DNA of 61,482 nt, filler included, from Choristocarpus tenellus KU-1152 (GCA_964200185.2; 12 parts of 12 records of this genome joined end to end with filler, not necessarily neighbours in it), one strand, 5' to 3'; counted from the first letter of the whole stretch, positions 35,773-49,380 are shown. Notes: generated by a model not told the origin, from the sequence alone. Translations and numbers: made by a program.

Positions 35773-38374
35773 ATGCACCGACAAAGGCGCACCTCGGTCG
35801 TTGCCCCAGTGTTTCCGAGTCGTGAGCCAGCCAAAAAAAAGGCCGTTAATAATTCGAGTCAATTTCCTGATCGAGAACGACGAAAAAGTTGGACTCGCCT
35901 TCAGACCTCCATCTTCCTCCTGATCACCCTGACACCAATAATATTTTGGCTTCGGAATGTTGTATTTGTACCTGTGAAAGATTCGATCCTATCTTCTCGC
36001 TTTGGCAAAGAGGGGCAGATGGCCGTGGTGGTCCCAGCACATGAAGGCGACATCGATCTTGTTTTGCGGTCCATTCGTCAGTGGCCCTCGAGGTGCTCTA
36101 ACTTAAGGCTGATGAACATGGACCTCGTACTGTACTATGCTGGGACAGAGGACACCGCTTCAAGGAGGGTCTTGGATGAGCTCAAACATTCAAGTCTTCC
36201 TTGCTTCAAGTGGACAAAGCTTATATATGCTCGCCTTGAAGAAGATGTGAGACATTTGCATGTTCTTGAGCACAAACATTAAAGATGTCCACACCTCTAT
36301 CCCAAAGTTCTATTCTTCCTCTGTAGCAAATTTTACTTCAAAGGAAAGCTGCCCATGAATTTCACTCTGATACATTATCCGTGCATCGAATGACTCCTTT
36401 GTACACACCCACCCCCTCTTTGTACTTGCCCATGATAGGAGATGATGTACCCGATAGGTCCTTCCGCCCAGTTCTACAAAATGTTCTTGGATGAAGAGGT
36501 CAAGGGGCAACTCTCTTCGTACGACATGCTGGCATTGATTGAGTGGGATGTCATTGTTGTGCACGACACATCGTTTGAAAGACTCTACTCGGCGGCATTT
36601 AGTAATGATGAGGAGTTTTGGGTGAAGGGCAGCACGCTTGATGGGGACAACTTTCACAACACGGCAGTTATGTCGGACTCCTGGCATGTGCTTAGCCACC
36701 TCAACGGCAACGCAATATACAACAATACAGACCCGGCTTTCAAATTTTTTTTAAACTACACAAGAGAGCAATGGGGCTATAGCTACCCCTTCGATGTAGC
36801 AATTTGGGCTACCCTAGCAGACTTTCCATACAGCTGGATATTGTGGCAGCGCTACTTCCGCAAATTTGTGGCTTCAAGCTTGGTGAGACGATTTATAAAA
36901 GATACGTGGGTAGTGGTTATCTCACAGGGAATTTGCCAAACGTTGGTCACCTGTGAGACTCGAAGTCGTGGGTGCATATATTATATGTTCATCTCTACTA
37001 GCACATTCTTTTGTTGAAAGGGCACGTACTAATTCAAACTTCTACACATATCACATCCCTTGTCTGTTCAGATTTCTAACGTCGGCTTCCTTGATGTGAG
37101 CGATGAAATATTGCAATACGCCGTAGCTGGTGACACGCTTTTCGTTCATGGGAGTACTGGTGGAACTGGCAGCAGGAGATATCGCAAAACCAAAGAGTTG
37201 GACTCCCATGCTGGTAAATCTAATGTGGAGGGCGATTGTACACGATTTTGCGGTGGCAGTAGTCATGGAATCTTACCCAAGGGCACAAGTACTGTTTGTG
37301 ACCCTTCGTGCTCACGAGGGGGAGGCAAGCTGCTACCCCGTTTTGGAGGCTATATGTGTGGAGGCGGTGATGAGTTCAAGTATGGGAAGGGCTGTCGTAT
37401 TTGTTACACTGACCTGCAGGAGGCACAGAGAGCGGATATGGCACTGCGCGATCGCTCAATGCATGGTGTGGACAGAAAATCCAATGAGGCTTGCTATGAG
37501 CAACCACATGTCATTATGTGTAACACGCTCTTACCACCACCAGCAAAGAATTGCGATAAGGAGTGTACTGCTCAAGGGAATGCGGTAAGTGACAAGATTG
37601 GACGATGCATGTATATTTGGCTGATACAATAATTGTGTAGTGCAAGGTGTGTTTGAATCAGTAAGATGTGCGTGATTTGCCATTTACTCTGTTTGCCACC
37701 CTGAAATTAATATGTTTGAAACTGTGAAATACCACCGTGTCGATTGCACAGCAGTTAAAAGAGGCTCAAACTATCGCAGTGACATGCTACGCCCTAATGT
37801 ACCTCCAAGGTGTTAAAACAAACATCAATCTACTTACACACTCCAATCAGCACATGTTCCCTCTTCCCACTCCTTGAACTTCTTCTGCAATATGTGCTAT
37901 GGCTGTGCTCAAGCTATGCGATGCCACCTGCAGCGATCAGCGTTTTGGAGCATACAACTGTCATTTTAAGGGATATGACTCTTGTCGTTCATGCTTCAAT
38001 GATGAGAAGAAAGCTCGTGAAGTAGATGTCACTGCACGCCTACATGGTGGGAGGGTAATAATGTGCAACACCCATGAGCCTCCATTGCCGAAGTTTTGCA
38101 ACGGAACAGTTGATGAGGATCTGGTTGTTGATATGGAGGGTAGTGAGGGAGGTGATTCTGCTGAGGAGGATTTTGTTGATGCACCTCAAAGGTCAACATT
38201 TAAAGAGCCATACAGACTGAGCAATGTCGACTACAGACAATACTGTGTTGCAATACGGGGCTACCAGAATGTGGTTGCCGAAACAATCTTGACAGTGGAA
38301 AGCGTGTTCCACTTCATGGTGGGAGCGAAGGTCGTCATTACAACGAACCCAGCATCATTCTTTTCTTTCAAGAG
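35773..38374 (+). CDS. Type II membrane glycosyltransferase-like protein with two Cys-rich repeats, 3' end not located; exons 35773-36246, 36439-36882, 37072-37584, 37914-38374
   Basis: Phase-0 GT-AG introns join long ORFs. There is one N-terminal TM helix (IFLLITLTPIIFWL), a GT-A-like start MAVVVPAH, an EWD motif and HLNGNAIY. A second GT-like start YCVAIRGY...LTVESVFHFM follows. The function is inferred. Confidence 0.8.
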
Positions 38375-39303
38375 GTGAGTGAACCGAAAAGTTGTATCTT
38401 CAGTGTAAGCGTGGTAGAAATCAACCCTCTAGTCTTCTTATGGGGGGGATGCATATGTTGATATATTGTACTTTTTCTGCCTGCTTGGGTTTTCAGGGAC
38501 AAGTGTGAAGTTATGTTATATTGTACAGGTGTCATTTGGAAAATCCAGGAAGAACTTCTGCCATGCGCATTAGTGAAGCCAGTATTGTTCAACACGCTAT
38601 TAAATAAATACTATGATATGGCTGCTTTCTTGCCCGCACAAACATACTGCATTCATTAATTTTGTCAATACCTGGCAAAGTCAGAGACTGGGAACTTAGT
38701 GATGTATAACTGTTCACAGCGGAAGATGATCACTCGACCACCTGGGTTTGTGGGATGAAATCCCTGTCTCATAACTTTCCCAAATCCCTACAGTGGGAGG
38801 GTAAACAAAAGAGTAGTAGGAGGGTCCGGGAACAGGTTCCAGGGGAAGCACAGGTTGGTATGACTGCTTGGGGAGACTGTGAGACTAGCACTTTTAAGAG
38901 AAGGCACAGAAAAACAGCAAATGCAAGTTTAGCAGTTATAGCCAGATCTGCGATGATTGTTTGGCATTTTTTTCGAGATATTATTGCAGCTAAGCCTCCT
39001 TTAAAATTGCATCTGTAACAAATTTGTGTCCGTCTCTCTTATCACTTACAATCAATGAATAAATTACTTCCTTCGACATCCTTGGAGTTTGATTGTACTT
39101 AACTAGATCTTGAACCTGATACACTTAAACTAGTAAAGGCTCACTTATTTGCTTATCTATCCACACATATTTCAATGCGAATTTCCTACTTTAGTATCTC
39201 AAACATGTAATCAAGATTTTTTATCAACTATATTTTTTAATTGAACCTAGCAGCACAATAGTTGACTTTAAACAAAAATCTGTTTTTTTCAGAACTTTTA
39301 ATA

Positions 39304-40904
39304 TAGTGGTACCAATAGCTCATGTTTCTATAGTTGTCAAGTTATAACTTTTGATGTAGACATCAGATTTAAACAATAAAAACATATTCGTGATGCCCAT
39401 CACAATGCCCTCCAGAGTATTGGCTTCAAGGTTTTATTCGCCATTTATTTCTTTTTTGAAAAAAGAGTGGACCCCGGGTTATAGGTCACCAAGAGTGGCA
39501 ACAGATACACTATTACTTGATCAAGATATAGGGTTTAGGTGGGAAAAAAGCCTTCCCACCCTTTCTTCCTGAGTGTTCGCGGACGCACTCTTTGACCTCG
39601 GCAAGGATGTCCTCGTCGAGGGCCAGAACGAAACGCCTCTCGTCTCGCCCTTGCTCCAAGACGCTGAAGTGGCCCTTAGTTAGGAAGTCTCTCTCCCATT
39701 TACTCACAGTTTCCGACCTGACCATCGCATATCCTGCAGCCATGTCAAGTGCCGTTTGGCGGTTGTTCCTCCCGTTCAAACGCAGGTACAGGATTCGCAG
39801 TGTTAGAGCCTTTACTATCACATTTCCTTGTTGAGCACCGGAAATGGGTTGCCTTCTTTCGGGCTTCAGAGCCCTTGTAGCCCAACCCTAACACCTTCTT
39901 TGTCGTTTCCTAAGCCACTCTGGTTCACATGACATCCAAACAGCTAGGGCCTGCTGCAACTGTGGATTACTAAGATATTCTATACCCAGGTTTTCGCTTA
40001 AGGCGTTTCCTGAACGCAATGGCACATGGTGGCACTTCTCTCCTCCCCAAACTTCCTTCCAGCCTGTCACTCTTGTTCTCCCTTCGCCTGCTGTGACCAG
40101 GCTTCCTCACAGACTTCGTCACTGTACTACACCTGGTGATGGAGTCGCCGCTCTCTTCCTTCTTTCCAGAGGCGGCAGAGACTTCAGAGCAGAGCTCCGA
40201 CATGGTTGAAGATCCAACAACGTTTGTGTGGTAATGCTTTTCATGCATCTTCTCTCAGCATCAGTGTCGCGACCGCGTGGTCCATTGCACGATTTGATTA
40301 TGCTGCTGCGTCACACTACATGCACTTTCTAGTCGCCTAATATCGCACCGAATGTCACACGGTACTTGTTTTTTGGTCACCTCTCGACAGAGAAGGTGCC
40401 GAGGGTAGATCCAGAGGGCAATGTGGGCTCAGCGGCTCTCCTTTTCTCACCGTCATGGTCCATATTGATTTGTGGGTCACCTGTGTGTGTGTGCTCACAG
40501 AAATGCGCCCCAAATGGACAACCATCTCCCGCCCCCCGTCTGCAAAAGGCGTTATAAAAAGATGTTCGAGAATTGTGCTCTTTTTTTCAATATAGCCACA
40601 CGCACCGTAAAATGACATAACTCTCCCCTGAATCAGTTTTTTGCAGGGAATTTACCCAACCACTTAATTTTTGTATCTGTTGAGGTTGGAACCATCAAAC
40701 TTGTGCCGGAGTTATTCCCAAGCGTTTGTGGCATTGATTGGGGTAGAATTCCCCTTCGCTGGAGGTAGTACATTTCTGCATACAAATTTTCAACCCCTCT
40801 TGGCATAAGCATTCATTCGATACCTATATTGTTGCATGCCTCTCGTGGCAAGATAACGAAAAAGAGAAAAATTGCCAAAGACCACAGAGCTATTGGTACC
40901 ACTG
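39304..40904 (-). mobile_element. Internally deleted Tc1/mariner-superfamily DNA transposon
   Basis: 18-bp TIR (C/T)AGTGGTACCAATAGCTC with TA on both sides. Minus-strand HTH-like remnant ETVSKWERDFLTKGHFSVLEQGRDERRFVLALDEDI. No catalytic domain left. Confidence 0.8.
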
Positions 40905-41573
40905 TAGTGTTATACCTCCAATGAAGGAATATATAATGCTAAGGTAGCCGGAGTAGAAAAATATGTCTTAAATAACTGATCACCAACACAAGAATAATAG
41001 ATGTCCACTGGAAACTAGATATTTTCAGTAAAGGTTGGTGCTTTCTGGGGTAGAGTATCAAATAAGGGATGTTATAGATTGTTATGTGAGTGTGAAGGTC
41101 CAACTGGGTGTAACTTCAGTAAGTGGTAGGTGAATCCGGTTAAGGTTTAGTTACAGGGTTTGTCGGGAACCCAGTAACCCTACAGGATCAGGATTATGGA
41201 CAGTATTCCAGGGCACAAAAAATCCAGATTAGATAAGCTCTTCTGTCGTAAATTGTATCAGGGTGGTAATTCTTTCTTTTACCATTAGATTCTACCTTCC
41301 AGTGGTACTACTGTGATGTAAAGTATCTTCAGCACAAGCAAGATCAGATTGACTTGAATCTAGACCTCAAACTTAGAACAATGTTTTTGATTGCTTTGGT
41401 GTAGAATAGGTTGGCACCTATAACCATGAGTTGCTTGTATTCTGATACACAACACCGACTCTACGCCCAAATGGGCCTATGGTAACCAGCATCCTCCCGA
41501 TGAAGTACAGTCGGGTGATGTAGTGGTATTTATTTTCTGTTTTTTCACAGTTTAGTCGTACTGTTCAGTGCTT

Positions 41574-41752
41574 GGGTCAAAATATCTGGGGGGGGTGTTC
41601 GGCGTCCGTTTTTCACTCTTTTTTCGTTTTCCCTTTTTTGGTGCGATTTGGTCGCACGTGTCGAATATGAAATGTCAGCAAAAAAAAGAGTTGTTTGACC
41701 GAAACGAATGCCCCCTTACAAACCATCCCCCCCCCCCCAGATTCTTTGAGTC
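41574..41752. mobile_element. MITE family B variant (same TIR type, different interior)
   Basis: GGGTCAAAATATCT-G8 ... C12-AGATTCTTTGAGTC. No clear TSD. Confidence 0.7.
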
Positions 41753-41898
41753 TTTCTGNNNNNNNNNNNNNNNNNNNNNNNNNNNNNNNNNNNNNNNNNN
41801 NNTTAATTAATTAANNNNNNNNNNNNNNNNNNNNNNNNNNNNNNNNNNNNNNNNNNNNCCCCCAGATACTTTGGGTCCAAAGAGCAACAGGGCCATAC

Positions 41899-44800
41899 CT
41901 GCTAGCTTTGTACAGCTTCTTCAGATGATCCATTCTGATGAACCCATCCTTGGTGACGTCTAGGGCATCAAATGCTGCCCGAACAATTGAACTCCTTCGT
42001 TCACCCATAGGGCCCTGGAGTCCCTTAAGGAACTCACGCGAACTAATCGCTCCATCTCCATTCCTATCAAAGAACTTGAAGACCTGCAGAGAGGAGAGAG
42101 GTGGGGCACATATGGGATCACATACTTGGAAACCCTTTGTCAGACGAAAAAGATTGTGCTATCAAAGACACAAGGTTGTTTCTATTGAGGGTATGTCCAC
42201 CAGGTTGTGCATTGCAACATTTGGATATGAGGTTTGAGATTATGAAAACTCAACTGAGACTATGACACTGAGCTGAAATAATGCACTTTGATCAATGATT
42301 TCAGTGACGTGACGAAGACTTTTTCTCAGAAGGATAGCCACCATCCCAACACCAGATTGAACTCATCAATCCTAAACAGAGCTCTTACTTGTATTCAGTG
42401 TCAAGAGACCGTGATTTATGCTTGCATCAACTAGTGCACAGACACATATGAGGGATTTGACCTTGCTTACGCTCAAGCAACAGAGCTCACTCTTGTTGCC
42501 TAAAACACACCATTACTATGGTACAAATAAATATAACACTATAGCTCTACTGTGGACAACTTGAGAGTACATAGACTCTTAAGCATTTCTTCCTCCACTT
42601 AAAAACCGTTACTTGCCTTTTTCATTTCATCATCCGATACATGGACACCAAACTCCCTCAACCCCTGCTGGAGCTTACAGGAATCTAGCCGCCCAGCCCC
42701 AGACTCATCCATCATTCGCAACACGCGCCGCACACCCCCTAGCCCAAACTTGCCAGCACTTGTGATCTGTTGGAGGGGGCATGGTGGTCTGGGTTGGGGC
42801 CACTGTATCATAACATTGCAACGAAGGACTGGGGAGGTCGATCAGAGAATGGATTTTTTATAGTGCGTGAGAGTTCATTGCCCAATCAGAGCATTGCTAA
42901 GAGGGGTGACAACTGCTCCCCCCCCCTAGGTCTGCAATAGCAATATATATATAAATGGAATATCAAATAAAGAGTTGAATGCAATAGGGAAGGCTATAGA
43001 TATGAATACAATACAATAGACGTATGTGTACGCGCACTACTTGATTTAAAAAAATTATACATAAGTACACACACACAAATATGTTACCAGTGCTTCAAAT
43101 GTAAGGAACGTATCTATTTCCTACGTTTTTGAGATCTACAAGGTTATAGGACCGCATGGTCGTAATCCAAAATAGACTATGTGTGAATGTCACACAATAC
43201 AACCCATTGCAGTTTAACTTGATATTTGACATAATCCCACTAATAGCCTGACATGGTGCTATCCTCCAAGTAGAAACATTATTTTGTCTCCAATTACCAT
43301 ATATTTCAACCCTTGTCCTCTGCATTCCTTTCAATAAAAAACACTTCTCTTCTAGCATGATATGCCACATCTACATCATATGCCCACTCCCACTTTTCTC
43401 CTCTGCGGAAACTCAACACCAGCAACCTAATGGCCTCATCCATACCCTAACCCTGCTACTGTCTCACCGCCATCCTCAGCCGCTCAACCTCAATGGGAGT
43501 TCCAGGTAGCACCCTAGTCTGTGAGCCGTGAAAGGACTCTGGCACACCACTGTTAGCATTGATGACTGCATCGGTTTTAAAACGCACTGGACGGATGGCA
43601 TCTGTCTCTGTAGTCCTATTGCCCGCACAGAGAGAGCAAGGATCGGTGAATTATGCAGATAGGAAGGAAATTGTGTAGATATGTACACAAAGAAGAGGCT
43701 GCGGTGACTTACAGGAGTTCTCTACGTAGGAAGGGATGGGTGGGAGGTGGGAATGAGATATGCTTGAGGGGGATGCGTTCGCAAGACCCATAAGTGAGAA
43801 ATCAGCACTAGTCTCAATACTAGCACGGGAACTGGTTGTTTCAAAGTTTAGTCAAGCAATAACTCAAGGCACTTAAAGTTTAAATTTTGCTAATGCTTAC
43901 CATTGTTGTCGATACTTATGCAGAGAGGCGTTGTCTGTCATACCCCCAGTTAGCTTAAATGTAGATACAAATTCGTTCACCTTTGGTTAGAGTAGAGCAG
44001 AGGTGTTTCAAGGAGAAGTGCTTAGCCCATCAGCATGGGAGGGGTGCAGCAGAATATAATTCGAGTTGAAGCTCCAAAGACACGCTAATATTTCGCAACT
44101 AGTGCAAATAGATGGCACCGTAGTACAACATTCCATAGCGGTACAGGATCAAATACGGTTACTGACTTCAAAATTACTGCATGTTCTAGAGCACTCATGC
44201 CACCAGGCCAAAAGGTATTCGGAGTATCCTTATGTTAGGTAATGTTTTCCATTCTATCTTGTCGTTTTTCAAGTATGTTTTATTATCGTCCCACCTTGAT
44301 ACCTTCACTTCCTGGTGAGGACCCAAAGCTGCTGTTGGTGAGGGTCGACCACAACTTGTCGCTCTGAGATTTGTCATAGTTCAATACTCTGTGTCCATCA
44401 ATACGGGAATCTTCTTCCAGTGGCAGCGCAGCACCAAATCTTCACACAATATTAGCACCATGCCATGGCCATGGTAATCGTGGAAGGAAAAGGACAAATA
44501 TGTCAAACATAGAAGAAGGGTTTGATCTCACAAAATGGCAAAAAAGGAAATGCTTTTCTGACATGTGCACCTAATAGTGTTCAACGAGAATGCAGCCTGT
44601 GGAAATGGCTCATCGAACTATTTATCAATAAAACCATTGACTCAACTGTGGATATTGACCGTGCTGTCCTACCATTGACTATGGATAGGCTCTGTAGTTG
44701 GGTCTGAGGCCTCAGGGAGAGTCTTGGAATATTGCACACATCTATTGATGCCCCAACTAATAGAACGGGAACTGAATGGACACTCAGAACTGAACCATCC

Positions 44801-46547
44801 GCTATCGCAACTGAGTTGGAATTAGACAGCCTAGGAAATTTGTGACTTGTGTGGTCGCAAAACATGTACAAATACACTTGTCGAAAAGTGCAGCAGAATG
44901 AACATATTCGATGGCCTGAGGTGCATAGTCAATTTGTAAGGACTCCTTATGTATATGTTACGAACTAAGTGCCACAGGGGAAAGAAAATTAAGGAGAACA
45001 TCTACGACAGATCAATTTGGTCGTTGGTTTTGTTCAGCAATTAATGCTCTTAGGGCTTAACATATTTTAAAGAGATAGTGAGTGCACCCCCCGGTACTTC
45101 GCACGTTTGTGACATCATATTGAAACTGTACTCAGGGGTACATCAAAAAAAGAATTTAACATCTTCCCAGCATCCACAATAGTAGACCCTCTCTGGGTCG
45201 AATAGAGCTCTACGTCTTTTACACATAATGCCCGAACTTGGTGGTACAGGAGGTTGAATTACCTTTGAGGTCGTTGAAGAATACCCTCGTACATCCCTGA
45301 ATGTGCAACTGTCTGGTAAAGTGCATGAGGAAAGCCCTGAGGTTGAGCCAGGCCCGGCTCTGCTATCGCTTCAACCCAATTCCCGCACTAATCAAGAACG
45401 TGGAGCCCCGAGATGGGGACGTAAGAAGGGGATTATAAGTTCGACGGAAATTTTTTTGATAAGATTTTTGACACTTTGATATTTACTGGAGCATCAGATA
45501 TACTTTCACGGGGAAATCAGGGTTTGAGTGGGCTATGCTATCATTAGAATTGACGGATGCTCTGACATAACTAAACTCGCCTTTGTTTTCGTCCCGTATG
45601 TTTTCTTTCCCCCCCTTAAAGAGTTTGTGCCTCCTTCATTTCGGAGACGTTGCAGGAACGCCATTCTGCTCGGCCTGTATGCTGAAACAAACTCTTAGTC
45701 CAACACAAAGCTGTTGCAGCAAGAACTCCCGTTCTTACCCCTTTGATATTAGCGATCTGCCGCAATAACTCGTCTAACGGGAGATCACAATCATGCACGT
45801 AGGACGACGTGGTGAATCTCACCTTGTGCTAACCATTTGATGGAGAGGAGTCCTTTGGTCAGAGAGCGCTGCACTGCTGAAATTACTCATTTCCTCAAGG
45901 AATGATTCGTTTGAAAGTTGAACAAGAGGACGGTTTCAAAGAAAGGTGCTGTGAAACCGACAATTTGACGGTAGGGATATCTATCGTGCTCCTGGGTATG
46001 GCAGGCGAGAACTTATCGCAGAAGTTCACGAGGTCAAATCTAGACACGGAACACTTATGTTTCAAAGAAGATAGCTGCCAGAGCTTAGTGCTCCTGCTGC
46101 TCATCTCTAAGGTACCAGGATCGCTACTCGATCTCATAGATTTAAATAATCTCATTTTGTAGTATCACCTCCTGTGGTCCACAGAGATAGTGTGACTATG
46201 TCTCTACCTGATACTAGTCTCAATATTGTTTTTCTTTCTGTCCCTTATCTTCTTGTTCCCTAGCTGACGGTGGATGGCGCTGCATCGGCGGTGATATTCT
46301 CATGTTGTCGCCTCTATAATTTTGAGCAATTCTTGTGCGCGATCGCCTTGCCTTAATTTTATTACTTCTCCATGTACAGCAATATCCCTGCCTTCCCGCC
46401 TGAACGCATCCTATCATGCTCCACTGCCTCTTGACCTCTGATTGCGACCTCTCTTCCTCTCTCGACCCAAGACGTTAATTTTCCGAGGAATGCTCTGACT
46501 CCTTTTGGTTTGATGTGATGCAAGGTACCTATTCTTACATGAGGCAT
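41899..46547 (-). CDS. Calcyphosin-like EF-hand protein, 3' end beyond contig break; exons 46547-46366 (tentative), ~45871-45823, 45674-45581, 45336-45263, 44439-44295, 43980-43901, 43615-43468, 42766-42617, 42083-41899
   Basis: Exon phases chain consistently from 45823 downwards. The product has GLGGVRRVLRMMDESGAGRLD, FKFFDRNGDGAISSREFLKGLQGPMGERRSSIVRAAFDALDVTKDGFI, the calcyphosin EF-hand arrangement. The first exon is uncertain. Confidence 0.82.
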
Positions 46548-46807
46548 TAATGGACTGAGCGCTATTCGCTACCTCCAACTATATCTTGATTGTTTATGAA
46601 GGTCCATGCCTCATGAGACAATCACGAGCCGAGTAAGCTTTGTTGGATTCAATCTTATCTAGATTGAACGCGAAGGTCCATCCCCGACGTTTGGGTCCAA
46701 AATGGGACTCTTCCTCTTCCCAATAATTATCCCCCTGGAAAACGTCCGTGACGCTTAGGATCCTTGCATCCTATTTATTCTCAATCTGGCAGGAATCTTA
46801 AGGGATC

Positions 46808-49380
46808 ATGGGGGAAGAGGTGCCTGATTGGACCATGATGTGGGGAGCAAAAGTCAAGATGCCCATAGATATGAACGATGATATGCTGCGGGACGCGATC
46901 AATACTTGCAGGGATGTGTTGGAAAAGTGCAATGACTTCGAGGCTGAAGGTGGTCTTACAATTGGCTGTAAACATGCAATCTGCTGCTTCGTGTATAGTA
47001 GGCAAGATACTACTTTGATCGGAGCCAGGATTAAAGATCAACAACCTGTTTTCGTATTTAAAGGACTATGATCAAGGACACACTTACAGTACATCGCTAG
47101 TTACGGACTTGTAAATATAGGTATGTAACTAGACTATGCTGATTGTGTAGCATTCGGACAATGTCGCTATGAGAACGAATCTCTCTTGGTTATCTCAAAG
47201 CTCATCATTTTTTAGTTATCTTGGAGAAAATATTGAGCCAAAGTATCTTAGAGGGTACGGCTGCGTCCATTTGGGGGTCAAAATCCAATGTTGCGATTTG
47301 ATGTAATTTTGGCTATGATATTTACTAGGAAGTGTCAATATCCTTGTTCCGGACACACCTTTTCATAAAGTACACATTTTCCTATTCCAAACCTTTTTGG
47401 AGTAGGAAAATGTCATAAAAAAACACATGGCAAGCCAAGCCCCAAATGGACAAACAGGGCAAAACTCGTACCCTCTAAGATACTTTCACTCATTGCTTCA
47501 TCGATCTTTCATACAGTCCTTGCACCCCAATTTGTTTGAGAATACCATCAGGTGGAACCAATTCTCGTCGAAAGAAAATTATATCTAAATGTCACCACTG
47601 CTCTAAGCCTTACCGTGGTACGGAGTCTAGTCATATGTACACTTGGAGATTAATCTCAAGCTGGATATCTTTTATAAATATTTCCTATAAAGCATCAACC
47701 ATCACTGGATGTTGTGGACATTATCTCTTCTCATTTTCTACACTCAGATAATGTCTTTTTTTTCCAATCTGGGTCAGGTGGAAGAGACAGAAAGTCAACA
47801 GAGATCAGTAAGAATGTGTGAGGTTTTTCTTGATCCCATTCACCATTTCCGTCTGTAGGTTTTGCTCCTGACTTGCGACAGCTTGTACGACAGTGTATTG
47901 GAGAAATATATGTGTTTACAGTGTCTTCTCTATTCGAGAGTATACTTAGCAGCTACAGTGTCTTGACTGCCATGCGGGGTGTTGATCCACTTCCGTACAC
48001 CTCCAATCCAAATACCTGTACTACAATCTGATGTGAAGTTGCCTAAATTCTTGTTTCTCACTTGGATCCAGGGCTTGCAGCAGCTGAGACAATCAAGAAG
48101 CACTTCGATTCTAAGTGGGACCCGAACTGGCATGTCATTATTGGACGAAACTTTGGGTCCTTTGTTACACACGAGACAACGTGAGCTTGAAAAAAGTTTT
48201 TATATTGTCAACTTGACAGGGAAGGAGGTTGGATGGAGTTGAGTGAGGGAGTATATGTAGAAACAGTGTTGTACCTCAGCAACCTTTCCAGCAGTGACCA
48301 GAACTGCAAAGTTATGGATGCTGCCATTATGCAGTAGGACAAAATGATTTCAAGTAGTATCCTGTAGATATATGCTGTTCTCTAAGAAAATGTGTTGGCC
48401 TGGTACATTAAATTCAATCCATTGCTTGGTCTTCCACGATAAAGACCATGGAATGTGTCCCTTAGGTTTCCCTCAGGTATTACATTTTTTTAGATATTTC
48501 CACAGAGAATAGTACACTATAAGTCTCACTCAACAGAATGAATCTTTGGTGGTCAAATCATTCTTGATTCCCTTTTCTGAGTAGTCCTTTGACAAAAAGA
48601 GTAGAACTGTGACAAAAGCTGCTTGTAGAATATCTTCTGTCAAATACTTCGAGGTAAGAGTCAAGTTTTGAAGGAAGAGCTGTGTGGGGTTATATGTATC
48701 CGCAAATACGTCCACACTATCATGAAGAGTTGGAAATGTCAGCGTGTTTGCCGACAACCACCAGAAAAAATTGGAAAAGAACTATACATCCACCATAAAG
48801 ATACAACCGTTGACAATGAGTTTTACTTATGACTGTAGAAGATCCTCACAAAATATTCTCACCAACTAATTTTTGTCTAACCACTCTACCATCCCACCAG
48901 CCAAACTAACACTTTGCCACAACATTCTTCACAGTTCTAATCAAGTCAGATAGGGTCCTCAGTCTAGAATTGAAGCTTGAATGCCCTCACTGTGTGCCAA
49001 GAGAGGGGGTCATCCTCCATCTCTTGCAATAGTCTGAATGGCATCGGCATTACTGATTTTCCATTCCTCAGTGAAACTGGGCATGACTGCGAACTCTAGG
49101 ACTTGAGCAGATAATCAATTACCTTTCTGAACTTCAACAGCCATTTTCCTACTTTCATTGAGTACCCACATCAATCAATCTCCGGAAGCATGACTGATGG
49201 AGGCTACACTGCACCCATTCGTCTTCTGTGCCATCCCTCTGTACTTGCCCAAGCCCTGTTCAGCATCATTGAACTTTGAGGTCTGATCGGCTTTGCGTCT
49301 TTCTTCCCCACTTCTCACTCAGGTGTTTTGTATATTTTTATCTTGGGGATAAGGCCATCATGATGTACAAGGCCGGGTAA
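46808..49380 (+). CDS. Dynein light chain type 1 (LC8 family); exons 46808-46949, 48072-48180, 49323-49380
   Basis: Spliced product ...[14 protein letters not shown]...[53 protein letters not shown]-stop has the WH.IxGRNFGS.VTHE signature. Intron phases 1 and 2 match. Confidence 0.95.
47235..47491 (+). mobile_element. MITE family A in intron 1 of the dynein light chain gene
   Basis: Full TIRs. Flanks TATT and ATTG, so only ATT is duplicated. Confidence 0.93.
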
